A DNA stretch of 64,000 nucleotides from a virus, in the IMG/VR virus record IMGVR_UViG_3300033388_007160, positions 1 through 64,000 of that record; one strand, given 5' to 3'. Positions within the stretch are counted from its first letter, which is position 1. Each line of letters opens with the position of its first letter. Below, one piece after another: positions 17,931 to 27,967 of this stretch. The notes beneath the pieces were generated by a model. The model was not told where the DNA came from, made no database searches, and saw only the letters and a list, made by a program, of their open reading frames with translations. Position numbers and translations under genes: made by a program.

Positions 17931-20900
17931 ATGAGGCTTGAGGATTATATCGTAACTAAGTTTGAAGCCGATACGCGAGGCCTACAGACAGCCCTCAACC
18001 AGATTCAGCAGGCCTTTGCTCAGGTTGCCCAGAATATTGTTGCCAGTGTTCAAGGAGCTTCCCGGCAGGCAGGGCAAGCAGCAGCCCAGATCGCCCAACA
18101 AGCAGCTCAGGCAACACAGGCGGCAACTCAGCAGGCTATTGCTGCTATAACAGCCAGTGCACGACGGACACCGGCAGCCGTCCAACCAGTAGCTGTAGCA
18201 CTTGACCAAGTTAGAGTCCCTGCTCGACAGGCCACTGACCAGTTTGAAGAACTCAGCCGAATGCTGGGGCAGGCTTCAAGCTCTTTCCGGCGGTCGGCCC
18301 GCACCATCATAACTGGTATTGAAAGCTTGGATGTCCTCTCGGTTCGCCTTGACCGGGCCTCCATGATGATGTGGCGCTTCACCATGGCCGTTATCCCCTT
18401 CCGGATGCTGGCTTTCTATTTGGGTGCCTTTACGGCAGGCCTTGCAGGATATGTTCGCCAGATTGTGATGGCCGCCGGGCAGCTTGAAACGGCCCGTAAG
18501 GCTTTTGAGGCTGCTACCGGTTCAATACAGGAAGCCAATGAAATCATTGAATACGTCCGGCAGCAAGCACCGAAAATCCGCTACACACTGGCACAAATCA
18601 TTGAAGCTGCACGTATCCTCACAGTTGCTGGTTATGACGTAAAAGAACTCCTCATGCCGATGGCTGACTTGGCTGCCGGTATCAACCAAGCCGGTGTAGA
18701 CATAGCCTCAGCGGCCCGTGCATTCGTGGACGCCATGCATGGCGAATTCCGGCGCTTGAAGAACACATTCGACATCACGAAGCAGGAAGTCTTGAAGTTT
18801 GCAGAAGGTGCTATTGATGCTCAGGGGCGGGTTGTTGATAAGGCCAAGCTTCAATACGGCATTCTGATGGCTATCCAGGAGAAGTATGGTGGGGCCAATC
18901 AGGCCGCTATGGAGTCAATCGCCGGTGCCTGGGCCAACTTCTCAGACAGCATGACGAGACTCGCTCAAGCTGCCGGTCAGAACTTGGTGCCCTTCTTCGT
19001 CAAACTTTTGAACACCGCAGGCCGTTTCCTGAATGTGCTTGAAAGACTGGCCCAGACACCATTCACACGAGCCCTCATAACTTGGGTTCCGCTTATCGGT
19101 GCATTAACCACAGGCCTTGGGACACTGCTCGCTTTGATGTCCATGCTGGCTATCCACTTGCAAGGTATAACCGCGATGTATCGTGCTTGGTTGCATACGG
19201 GCCAAGAAGCCGAGCTTAACCTTATCCGTGCCCACAATCAGCTCCAGCAGGCCGAGGCAGAACTTGCTGCCATCCAGACGGCACGAATGACGGAATATTT
19301 GCCGCTGCTTCGTCTGCAGCTTGAGATGCAGCAAGAACAATTGCGGCTGAATGAATTGATTAGACAGAGAGAGCTCGAAATCGCAAGGGCCGAGGCAATT
19401 CAAGAATTGACAGAAGCGGGACAGCCTGTGCCCGAACGGCTTCGGGTTGGTAGAAGGAGCGTAGAGGAAATCAATGAACAAATCAGCGAAGTCCAACAAC
19501 GGTATGAACAGCTTCAGCGTCAAGCTGAGGCAGCAGGCCTGATACTCAGCTTGCCAGAATTGCGAGCTGCTTTGCCGCAGATTAACGAACAGCTTGCCCG
19601 TGCGCGACGTACATATGCTGGAATAAGTGAACGTCTAGAAGAAGCCCGCCAACGAAGAAGAGAGTTGAGCGATCACCTGCGAATGGAAATACAGGATGCC
19701 GCCCTAAGAAGAGACCTTGAAGCCCAGCATGAACAGTTAGTGGTTGAAATTGTCGGTCTTGAGGAAGCAGAAGAACGACAACGGCAACGCATAGGTCAAC
19801 TTGAGAGACAGCGAGAGCAAACATTGCAACGCATAGCAGCAGCCGAGGAGGCTTATGTTGCTGCACTCCGAGGCGAACACGGCGAACGTGTCCGCAATAT
19901 CGCATTGATGCGTGAGGAATTGCAGCTCCAGCAGCAACAAGTTACGTTTGCGCGGCAATTTAGAGAAGCTTTCCTCGGTGCTTTGGGCTTCCCAATTGGG
20001 ATGGTGCGTGGGACAGCGGGATTGGGCGTAGCAGTGGTTGGTGGCTTGGGTCGAATTCTTGGTGGTTTGGTTGGCATGGCCGTCTGGGGAGCACTTATAG
20101 CTGCACTGTATGAACTCGCTCGGTTTCTGAAGGACTATCTCTATCGCAGAATCCATACCTTTGCTACCGAAGTAGAAAAATTGAAGAAGAGCCTAAATGA
20201 ACTCGATGGCACGACTGTTGAGCTGGTCCCGGCACTGAAAGAACTCAAGAATAGCATAGAAAAGACCAAACAGCGTTTCGATGCCGTTGAAATGGCCTAC
20301 CGAACGGCTGCACTTCCACCGCCGTGGACACGAGCTGGCTTTCCTAAAGCGGCAGCAGCAGCTTTGGGACTCGGTATAGGATTCAGTATAGGGCTACCTT
20401 TTGGTCCTGCTCTCGGTGCAGTGCTGGGTATGGTGGTTCCTGCAGGGCCCGTAACGCTGGGTTATGCATTTAGGTCGGTTCCCGAAGAGAGACGTGGGGC
20501 GGTTATCCGTGAAGTAGTTAATGTGCTGATTGAAGAAGGTCGTATCTCTCCTGAGCTAAAAGAATTACTATCGCGCTATGGTGCTGTGGAACTGATACCC
20601 GACGAAGAACTTGCCAAGCTTCGCGTGACCAAAGAAGACATGGAAGTAGTTAAGCAGCATTATCAGGAGCAACTTAAGGCAGCCAAAGACCTGATCCAAG
20701 AAGAAAAGCAACGAGCCCAGCATTATGACGAAGTTGCTCGGAGACAACTTGACAACATCGAAAGGTTGGGCCAACAGAAGCAATTTAGCGAACTAATTGG
20801 CCGCGATTGGGACAAAGTAGCTGCAGCGATTCGGGCTTCCGACCATCCTGCAGCGGCTCTGGCAGATACTTACAGCAAAATGGAAGAAAGACTGCAAAAT

Positions 20901-22508
20901 CAGATTGACTCGGTGCAGGACATCGAGAAAGAAATGGAAAAGCAAGTTAAACAGGGCCGTGATGCCAATGAAGTAGCAGCCGAATATCGTCAAAAAGTCC
21001 AGCAAGCCCAACGGGCCTATGAGCAACTGGTATACATCGTGAATATGCACAATCAGATTGATGAACGCAACCGCGAAAATCGCGAGGAGCTTATCCGGCA
21101 AGAAAGAGAGAGGCTTGAGCTTGCCCAGCAACTTCTGGTTGTCTTTGAGGCCCAGCAGCGGGCTATTGAAGGCCAGATAGCCGCTCAAACCTTGCGGGCT
21201 GCAGGGGCTGGTGGTCTGGCAACCGAGAGATTTCAGGCTGCATTGAGGTTTGCCGAGGCCGAAGCGGAATTCCGTGCCCGCAAGTTCCGTGAGGCACGCA
21301 AAGACTACGCTGAAGCTATTGAACATCTCCGGCGGGCCGAGGAACAGCAGATAGCCATCGAGAAACAGCTTGCCCAGGCTCAAACCGACCCTGTGCGACA
21401 GGCTCAGGAGATGCTGCGTATCATTGACAGGCAGATAGAGAACGAGCGGCGCTGGTATGCTTTCCGGCGACGCTGGGTGCAGGAGAATATCAGGGATGAG
21501 AGTCAAAGGCAGATGCTGCTTCGGGGCCTTGAGGAAGACCATCAACGGCGACTTGAATTGCTTGAGAGGCGGCGTCAGACACAAGCTGCCGAGGTTGAAG
21601 CGGCTTATCGCCGGAGGCTAATCGCCCAGTATCAAGTCCTGAAACAGCAGGCTGCCGACCATGGGGCCACGAAAGCCCAGTTGCTGTGGTATGACATCAA
21701 AATCGCCGAACAGCAGGAAGCTATAGCACGTGCTCAGGGCAAGGTAAATGAAGCCGCCAAATACACGGCACAAATCCAGCACCTGCAGCTTGAACAGGAG
21801 AGGCAGCTCTATGTAGATACCGAAGCTCGGCTGAAGGCTGTGCAGGAATACAACAGAGCCTATGGCACAACGATAGAGAACATCCGGCAGGTTGGGCGGC
21901 AGTTGTATGAAGTGCAAATCCAGGAAGCCCGCTGGCTTGAGGCACATGGCCGTGTCAATGAAGCAATGAAGAAGTATGCCGAAGCCCAGCAGACACTTAT
22001 CTCCACGCAGCAACAGGAACTTGATTATCATAGGACGCGACTCCAACTGGCCGAGAAACTGTATAAGCTGGGCATGATTTCTGAGGGCCAACTGGCCGCC
22101 ATACGGCAGCAAGCAGCACGGCAAGCCTTGGCGCTGGCCCGCGAGTGGGGTTTGAACACGAAAGAAGGCATGGAAGCCTACATGCGTTATCTGGACATCA
22201 TCAACAACCAGACAGCCGACAAGACTGAGGCACTAATTAGGAAGGTTATTGGAGCACCACAAGAGGCTTTAGAACAGATACTCTCACCGGCCACGTTGCA
22301 ACGTTATTTCGGCCAGCTTGAAGGGACCATCATGCCACTCACTCAAGCCATGTCGGCGGATATAGTCTCATTCAACAAAGGCGAACTGACCATCCGGATA
22401 CGGCTTGATGGCCTGCCTGAAAACATTGACAACCAGATTAAGCAGGCCATACATGAGGGTATAGATGCTATGGCCCGAACCATTGCAGGAGCACTGAACG
22501 GGCGATGA
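17931..22508 (+). CDS. Tape measure protein
   Basis: 1525 aa, helical and A/Q/E/R-rich, hydrophobic segments; follows the chaperone. Confidence 0.9.
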   Translation: MRLEDYIVTKFEADTRGLQTALNQIQQAFAQVAQNIVASVQGASRQAGQAAAQIAQQAAQATQAATQQAIAAITASARRTPAAVQPVAVALDQVRVPARQATDQFEELSRMLGQASSSFRRSARTIITGIESLDVLSVRLDRASMMMWRFTMAVIPFRMLAFYLGAFTAGLAGYVRQIVMAAGQLETARKAFEAATGSIQEANEIIEYVRQQAPKIRYTLAQIIEAARILTVAGYDVKELLMPMADLAAGINQAGVDIASAARAFVDAMHGEFRRLKNTFDITKQEVLKFAEGAIDAQGRVVDKAKLQYGILMAIQEKYGGANQAAMESIAGAWANFSDSMTRLAQAAGQNLVPFFVKLLNTAGRFLNVLERLAQTPFTRALITWVPLIGALTTGLGTLLALMSMLAIHLQGITAMYRAWLHTGQEAELNLIRAHNQLQQAEAELAAIQTARMTEYLPLLRLQLEMQQEQLRLNELIRQRELEIARAEAIQELTEAGQPVPERLRVGRRSVEEINEQISEVQQRYEQLQRQAEAAGLILSLPELRAALPQINEQLARARRTYAGISERLEEARQRRRELSDHLRMEIQDAALRRDLEAQHEQLVVEIVGLEEAEERQRQRIGQLERQREQTLQRIAAAEEAYVAALRGEHGERVRNIALMREELQLQQQQVTFARQFREAFLGALGFPIGMVRGTAGLGVAVVGGLGRILGGLVGMAVWGALIAALYELARFLKDYLYRRIHTFATEVEKLKKSLNELDGTTVELVPALKELKNSIEKTKQRFDAVEMAYRTAALPPPWTRAGFPKAAAAALGLGIGFSIGLPFGPALGAVLGMVVPAGPVTLGYAFRSVPEERRGAVIREVVNVLIEEGRISPELKELLSRYGAVELIPDEELAKLRVTKEDMEVVKQHYQEQLKAAKDLIQEEKQRAQHYDEVARRQLDNIERLGQQKQFSELIGRDWDKVAAAIRASDHPAAALADTYSKMEERLQNQIDSVQDIEKEMEKQVKQGRDANEVAAEYRQKVQQAQRAYEQLVYIVNMHNQIDERNRENREELIRQERERLELAQQLLVVFEAQQRAIEGQIAAQTLRAAGAGGLATERFQAALRFAEAEAEFRARKFREARKDYAEAIEHLRRAEEQQIAIEKQLAQAQTDPVRQAQEMLRIIDRQIENERRWYAFRRRWVQENIRDESQRQMLLRGLEEDHQRRLELLERRRQTQAAEVEAAYRRRLIAQYQVLKQQAADHGATKAQLLWYDIKIAEQQEAIARAQGKVNEAAKYTAQIQHLQLEQERQLYVDTEARLKAVQEYNRAYGTTIENIRQVGRQLYEVQIQEARWLEAHGRVNEAMKKYAEAQQTLISTQQQELDYHRTRLQLAEKLYKLGMISEGQLAAIRQQAARQALALAREWGLNTKEGMEAYMRYLDIINNQTADKTEALIRKVIGAPQEALEQILSPATLQRYFGQLEGTIMPLTQAMSADIVSFNKGELTIRIRLDGLPENIDNQIKQAIHEGIDAMARTIAGALNGR

Positions 22509-24706
22509 GCAACGGCACACAATTGCTCACCGTAAAAGTCCGCAAGCCGACGAAGCTGCTCAGTCGGCCTTGGGAGACTAAGCTTGACTTGATTGGCCGG
22601 AATACTCGTGACCTCAACAGTCACGGTGTCTATATCCAAAAACACGCGAAGGTTCTGATGTTGCCGCCGATTGTCAGGCCTGAAAACTACCCTTGGGCGA
22701 GAGCCGATTACACTCTTCACCCTTCTTCAGATGACTTCTTTGATGGCCGTAACTGGGGCGGGGCTGAAGGATATTACGTGGGCCACGTGGGCAATGCCAG
22801 CGAAGCCTGGGCTGCCTGGCTGAGTCCTTCGCATACCATTGAAGCCGACCGGGGCTTGCAGGTTACGCTAATCTGGTCGCCGCCTGCTGGCGATGAAGTT
22901 GTGCCCCGCATTGAAATCTTCCCCCGCATAGACTACAACCGTAGCACGACAATCAACGGCGTGACTTATTACTTTGCTCCACTTGCATTTGCCATCAATT
23001 CGCAGATGGTCTTCGAGGTTTATGAGTATGAATATGACAGCTATGAACAGTTCGAGAACAATCCTGCTCAGATACTTGTGCGGCGTTATCAGCATCCCAT
23101 TCTGGCCCAGCGGGGCACTCAGATTATGGGCGTCTTCCGCATCATTCCCATTGAGGCAGACGGCTTCGTCGTGGAGTCGCCCATCCTCAAGGATGGTGGC
23201 TTTGTTTACATCAGCCGGATACAGCGTGAGAATTTGAAGCTCTTCCCAGCAGGCGGTTGCGGCATAAGGTCTCTGGCCGGAGGATTTGCAGTTTTTAGCT
23301 TTGTTCCTTTGGAATTCCCAAGCGAAGGCTATGTAATTGGCCCCAAGCAAAGCAAACGACAGGAAGACGATAAATGGGTTTCGGTTAGTTTCCATGCTTA
23401 CACGCCTACCGGCACGGCAGTGGCCGGGACCATTGTTGACCCCGAAACTGGCGATGTTATCACCACAGGCGAAACATTTCAGGAATACGCCTACAAGGTT
23501 ACACTTTACTCAACCGACGGCATCCATACTCCGGTGGTTAATTATGTTAAGTGCGATGTGGAAGGCGAGACTGAGACCAGCTCAGAAGAAGAGATAGACA
23601 TCTCCAATGAGGTCCGGATTCAAGAGCAGGTTTCGGGCAACCTGATGGGCCATCGGGCTACGATTAGCCTGCACAATCCCAACGGTGAATATACGGAACT
23701 GGCCCTAAGGCCCATGAATGAGATTGACGTGGACATCAAAGGCCAAGACCGGGCCATCTTCTATACCCTCAATCCCAAGATAGAACTCTGGAAGGTGCCG
23801 GAGAAGGAAGCACCCTGGATTGAATGGGAATGCGGCGACATGTGGGTGCGCCTTGAGCATTATGTGCTGACAGATGAGGATGTTTATGACGGCCTCGACC
23901 TCAAGACTGCCGTGTCAAACTTCCTGCAACGGCTTGGCATACCGTCGGATAAGATAGATATTGACGATGAAGCCTCGTCTATCATGCTGCCGAAGTCGCG
24001 CAGCTCACAAGACCCCCTCTTCCGGCCACGCCTTGGGGCAACGGCTGCTGAATTCCTGAGGGACTTGCATCACAAGTTCTGTTCCGACTGGATTATGCGT
24101 TTCCGAGGCGATGGCACGTTTGAATTGAAGCCTGCTGACTCCAGCACCATTGCCCGAACCTACTACCTAAGTCATGAAACCGCTGAGCAGCTATATCAGC
24201 AGGCCTTAGAAGATTATCAAGCGGGGCTGGGCGAAGAGCCTGACCCCGAAGATTATAGCTACTTTGTCTCCAATCTCACTGTAGAACTTTTGCACGACAA
24301 GTTTTACAACGAGATTTGGGTGATTGGCGAAGATTCAGCCACAGGCCGTCCTCTTGTCGCATTTTGGATGGACTACCGCAGTCAAACTGACCGCGATTAT
24401 CTGTATTTCGTCGGCGAAAGACGAGTTGCTATCTTCATCACGCGCATTAACAATCAAGACATGCTCAATTTTGTATGCCAGCAAGCAGTCAACCGCTACG
24501 GCAAGGTAAGGCGACGGATTTCGTTTAGGACGAAGTTTGACCCGGCCCTCTGGCCGGGAGACTTTATCCAGATTTACGGCTACGCCAATATATTCCGCGT
24601 AGAGAACATTGACACGAGAATTGAACCCGGCACCGTGACGATGCGGGGAGGCGAACCGACCGATATAGTTGAGTGCCAGATTACAGCCATCGAATGGCCT
24701 ACATAG
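22505..24706 (+). CDS. Tail tip / hub protein
   Basis: Follows the tape measure gene; C-terminal DPALWPGDFIQI..FRVENI. Confidence 0.65.
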   Translation: MSNGTQLLTVKVRKPTKLLSRPWETKLDLIGRNTRDLNSHGVYIQKHAKVLMLPPIVRPENYPWARADYTLHPSSDDFFDGRNWGGAEGYYVGHVGNASEAWAAWLSPSHTIEADRGLQVTLIWSPPAGDEVVPRIEIFPRIDYNRSTTINGVTYYFAPLAFAINSQMVFEVYEYEYDSYEQFENNPAQILVRRYQHPILAQRGTQIMGVFRIIPIEADGFVVESPILKDGGFVYISRIQRENLKLFPAGGCGIRSLAGGFAVFSFVPLEFPSEGYVIGPKQSKRQEDDKWVSVSFHAYTPTGTAVAGTIVDPETGDVITTGETFQEYAYKVTLYSTDGIHTPVVNYVKCDVEGETETSSEEEIDISNEVRIQEQVSGNLMGHRATISLHNPNGEYTELALRPMNEIDVDIKGQDRAIFYTLNPKIELWKVPEKEAPWIEWECGDMWVRLEHYVLTDEDVYDGLDLKTAVSNFLQRLGIPSDKIDIDDEASSIMLPKSRSSQDPLFRPRLGATAAEFLRDLHHKFCSDWIMRFRGDGTFELKPADSSTIARTYYLSHETAEQLYQQALEDYQAGLGEEPDPEDYSYFVSNLTVELLHDKFYNEIWVIGEDSATGRPLVAFWMDYRSQTDRDYLYFVGERRVAIFITRINNQDMLNFVCQQAVNRYGKVRRRISFRTKFDPALWPGDFIQIYGYANIFRVENIDTRIEPGTVTMRGGEPTDIVECQITAIEWPT

Positions 24707-24721
24707 GGGGCTTGACAGGCA

Positions 24722-26129
24722 TATGCTGAGCGGTGATGCTTTACACAGGCTGCGAGAGGCAATCGAAAGAAAAATAGCACGCCAGGCTACTGGCGTGGAA
24801 GTTGTCCTTGACTACGGGGCCTCGCTTGAGAACCTGATAAAGACGTTGCAGCAGGCCGGAGAAACGATTGAAGGTGAAACTGTCTCACGCGGGGCCACGT
24901 GGTCTTATCTATTGCCCAGCAGCCAGTTTGGTTATGATGAGAGAACAATCGGATTGTGGCATTTCGAAGAAGGCAGCGGGGGCCAGGCCGCTGATGCGTC
25001 GCCTAACGGCAACACTCTCACCTTGGTTGATACGACTTGGACAAGCGGCAAGTGGGGCAGTGGCCTGTCTTTTAACGGGTCTTCTAGCTATTGCTATGGC
25101 AGCCTCACTTACACTGAACGCCTTGGGCACTACCTCTACGTCGCTGGATGGTTCAACCCATCGGGGAATGGGCCGCTGATTTACTGGCCTTCTGTTATCC
25201 TGCTTGCCATTGATAGCGGCAGACTGGTAGTTACCATTGATTCGGTTGACTATGTCGGGCCATCCGTCCAGACAGGCGAGTGGCAGCTCCTGCATTGTCA
25301 ATTCTTTGACGGACGGGTTTATCTGGGCGTCAATGATGTTATCACCTGGCACGATCACAGCAGCGAGGAGCTTAGTCCCCTGTATTCAACTTTCTATGTG
25401 GGCCGAGATGATACGAGCTATTACAACGGTCTCGCCGATGAGATACTTGTAGCTGCCGATGTGTTTGTGCAAGAAGACTTTCAGTATCCACGTGACTGGG
25501 CTTATACATCATCTATTGGCCACTGGCGCTTCAATGAAGGCGCAGGCAATATGGCCTTCAACCTGCTGATGTCTTACAGACCTCTGACGCTCGTCAATCA
25601 TACTTGGACTGATGGCTGGCTGGGGTCGGCTGTGGCATTCAATGCGGATGGTTATGCATATTATGCACAAGATGCAACAAATCTCAGCCGTTTTGGGCTT
25701 GAAATGTGCGTCCAGTTTGACGATGTGTCTGCTTCACAGGTTCTTGCTTATCAGGAGGGGGCTTTGCGGGTAACCTGGTCGCCGGGCCAGCTTGAGGTTT
25801 ACATCGCAAGCCTTACACCAGCAACTTTCACCTTTGAACTGCCGACTATCAGTAGCAGCAACTGGTATATCATTTCGGTGCAATATGACAATAATGCAGT
25901 GACGGCCTGGCTGAATGGGCTTAAGGTAGGCGAAGCTTCGGCCAGTGGCACGGTTGATTTGGCTTCGGCCAATTTCTTGCTGGGCGGCGACGGCACAAAC
26001 GGTTTGATAGGCAAGCTTGACTACGCTATGATAAATCGTGGGCCGGTCAGGCCCTTCTATCGTGTGCTTCCACGCTGGCTTATCGGCCAGCATGGGTTTG
26101 AAAGGGCCGATGACTGGATATTACTTTAG
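24722..26129 (+). CDS. LamG/concanavalin-like tail protein (two repeats)
   Basis: Two GxWxFxEGxG..GxxGxxxxFNG repeats. Confidence 0.8.
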
Positions 26130-26135
26130 TGGAGG

Positions 26136-26681
26136 ATGATAACCATGGTGCTGATGGCCTATGCAGTTGACCCTGTAACCCTGAGGAATTACGTGCGGCT
26201 TACCAACCGGCGCAAGATGCCCGAAGAGGAACTGCCTGAAGTTGAGTTGCCCGACAACGTTAAGATTGGCCCCACGGATAACTTGGGTAACATCCGGCAG
26301 AAGGCCATGCGGGCCTTGATAACCTTCCTCTCGTCTGAACCCAAACCGATAGAAGAAGGCAGGTATGTCTGGATTGAAACAGCTCTACTGCCTATCATCG
26401 CCATTGACCCTACTAACTACCAGATGGCTCTGCGGCATTTTGCTGACCAAGTGCAAAAGCTAAATATCTCAGCAGTGCGGGGTTACTGGTTCAAACCCAG
26501 CGAGTGGCAAGGGACTCGTCATTGGATACCGCCTTACTGGTTTACAGATTGGTCGGCCACGCTGATTCATGGATGCTTCGAGGAAGGGTATCACGAGTGG
26601 GAAGTACGGTCTCTTAAAGGCCAAAAGCGAAAAGAAACGAATTCAACCGAGGAGTGTAGCAAATATCACAAATGCACATGA
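26136..26681 (+). CDS. Hypothetical protein
   Basis: ORF track. Confidence 0.5.
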   Translation: MITMVLMAYAVDPVTLRNYVRLTNRRKMPEEELPEVELPDNVKIGPTDNLGNIRQKAMRALITFLSSEPKPIEEGRYVWIETALLPIIAIDPTNYQMALRHFADQVQKLNISAVRGYWFKPSEWQGTRHWIPPYWFTDWSATLIHGCFEEGYHEWEVRSLKGQKRKETNSTEECSKYHKCT

Positions 26682-27967
26682 AAACACCGATTAAAAAGCT
26701 GCTTGTGGCCCTTCGTTACTTACAGACCATATTCTCGCGCCGCGATGTGCTTTTCTCCATAGCCATGCTTGCCGCGCTGTATGGCGCCTGGCCCGCTCTC
26801 GAGGAAGCATTCACACAGCCGGACTTTTCCCGGAACTGGCAGCAGGATTGCGACCTGGTCCTCATTCACAAAGGCCTGGTGGAACATCCGCGTTTCAGGG
26901 ATACGCTGCAGTGGTGGACAGGGACATGGGTGGGGCAGGTGCCGTTCTGGAGGCCACTTACATCACTGCTGTTCTGGCTGGAATGGAAGTTGTTTGGGTG
27001 GGAGTTTCAAGATGCATGGATGCTGGTGCACGGATTGCTGCATCTAGCTACTTGTGCAGCGCTGTTTGTTTTCGCCGACACATTTACGGGGAGTGCAACT
27101 ATAGCCGCACTATCGGTAGCCTTCTTCTCGTTGCCGGGTCCGCTGCTTCCGTACGGCTTGCGGCTCTGGCATTCACGGGCATTCTGGGCGCTGTGGAGCT
27201 GGAAGGACCAGCCAGATTTGTTGCTGGGCTTGCTGACCATCGGCTCGTGTGCGCTCGCCCTCAGACGCCGAACGGTTTCCGCGCTGGCGCTGGCTACTAG
27301 TGCCGCAATGACCAAGGAAACGGGCTTCGTCACGCTGCCGCTCGCGGGGGCCTTCCTTCAGCTTGCAGGGCGTGCCATCGGCCCTGCTCTCGGCGCGTTT
27401 GCCACTGTGATTTTGCTGGCGATAGCAAAGCTGAAGGCTACTGGCTTGGGATTCATCCTCGGAGCAAACATCCACTGGCCGGCTCGCTTGCTGTTGACAA
27501 TCGGTGGTCTACCCTTGGCCAAGTTGGTGGGAGCGACATCTGGATATTGCGTGCTTGGGCTGACTGCGGCTGTAGCGCTTGTCTGGGCACGACCTTTGCG
27601 CTGGCTCGCTGCTTTCTGCGGAACAGCAATTGCCTGCGCCGTTCAGGCAGTCACACTTGCCAACACAGACGAGTCGCCGCCGTGGATTGTGGCCATCGTT
27701 GGTTTGTTCGACTGGAATCTTATATGCACCACTCTACCGGTAGCCGTATGGGTCGTCGTGGCCGCCTTCGGGGCTAGCAAGCAGGCTTTGTTGTCGGCTT
27801 TGGCCTATGCGGCGCTTGCGGCCCCTCCGGCGCTGGCACCCCAAGCTCTATCCCATGCTTATTACACAGCGTGGTGTTTTAGTGCAATAGCTATCGCGAC
27901 TGCTTGGTGGTGTACATGTCAAAGGTTAAGACTAACGTCTGGCTGCCGCAGCAGACTTACAACGTGA
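26678..27967 (+). CDS. Polytopic membrane protein, GT-C-like glycosyltransferase
   Basis: About 10 TM segments; loop D plus FWRPL and KE motifs as in ArnT/PMT/TMTC-type enzymes. Confidence 0.6.
   Translation: MKTPIKKLLVALRYLQTIFSRRDVLFSIAMLAALYGAWPALEEAFTQPDFSRNWQQDCDLVLIHKGLVEHPRFRDTLQWWTGTWVGQVPFWRPLTSLLFWLEWKLFGWEFQDAWMLVHGLLHLATCAALFVFADTFTGSATIAALSVAFFSLPGPLLPYGLRLWHSRAFWALWSWKDQPDLLLGLLTIGSCALALRRRTVSALALATSAAMTKETGFVTLPLAGAFLQLAGRAIGPALGAFATVILLAIAKLKATGLGFILGANIHWPARLLLTIGGLPLAKLVGATSGYCVLGLTAAVALVWARPLRWLAAFCGTAIACAVQAVTLANTDESPPWIVAIVGLFDWNLICTTLPVAVWVVVAAFGASKQALLSALAYAALAAPPALAPQALSHAYYTAWCFSAIAIATAWWCTCQRLRLTSGCRSRLTT

Noticed and set aside
26095-26121. Fourth promoter copy GGTTT-N16-GGATAT upstream of ORF 26136
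   Set aside because: Mismatch in the -10 box and lies inside a CDS end; possible but not counted.
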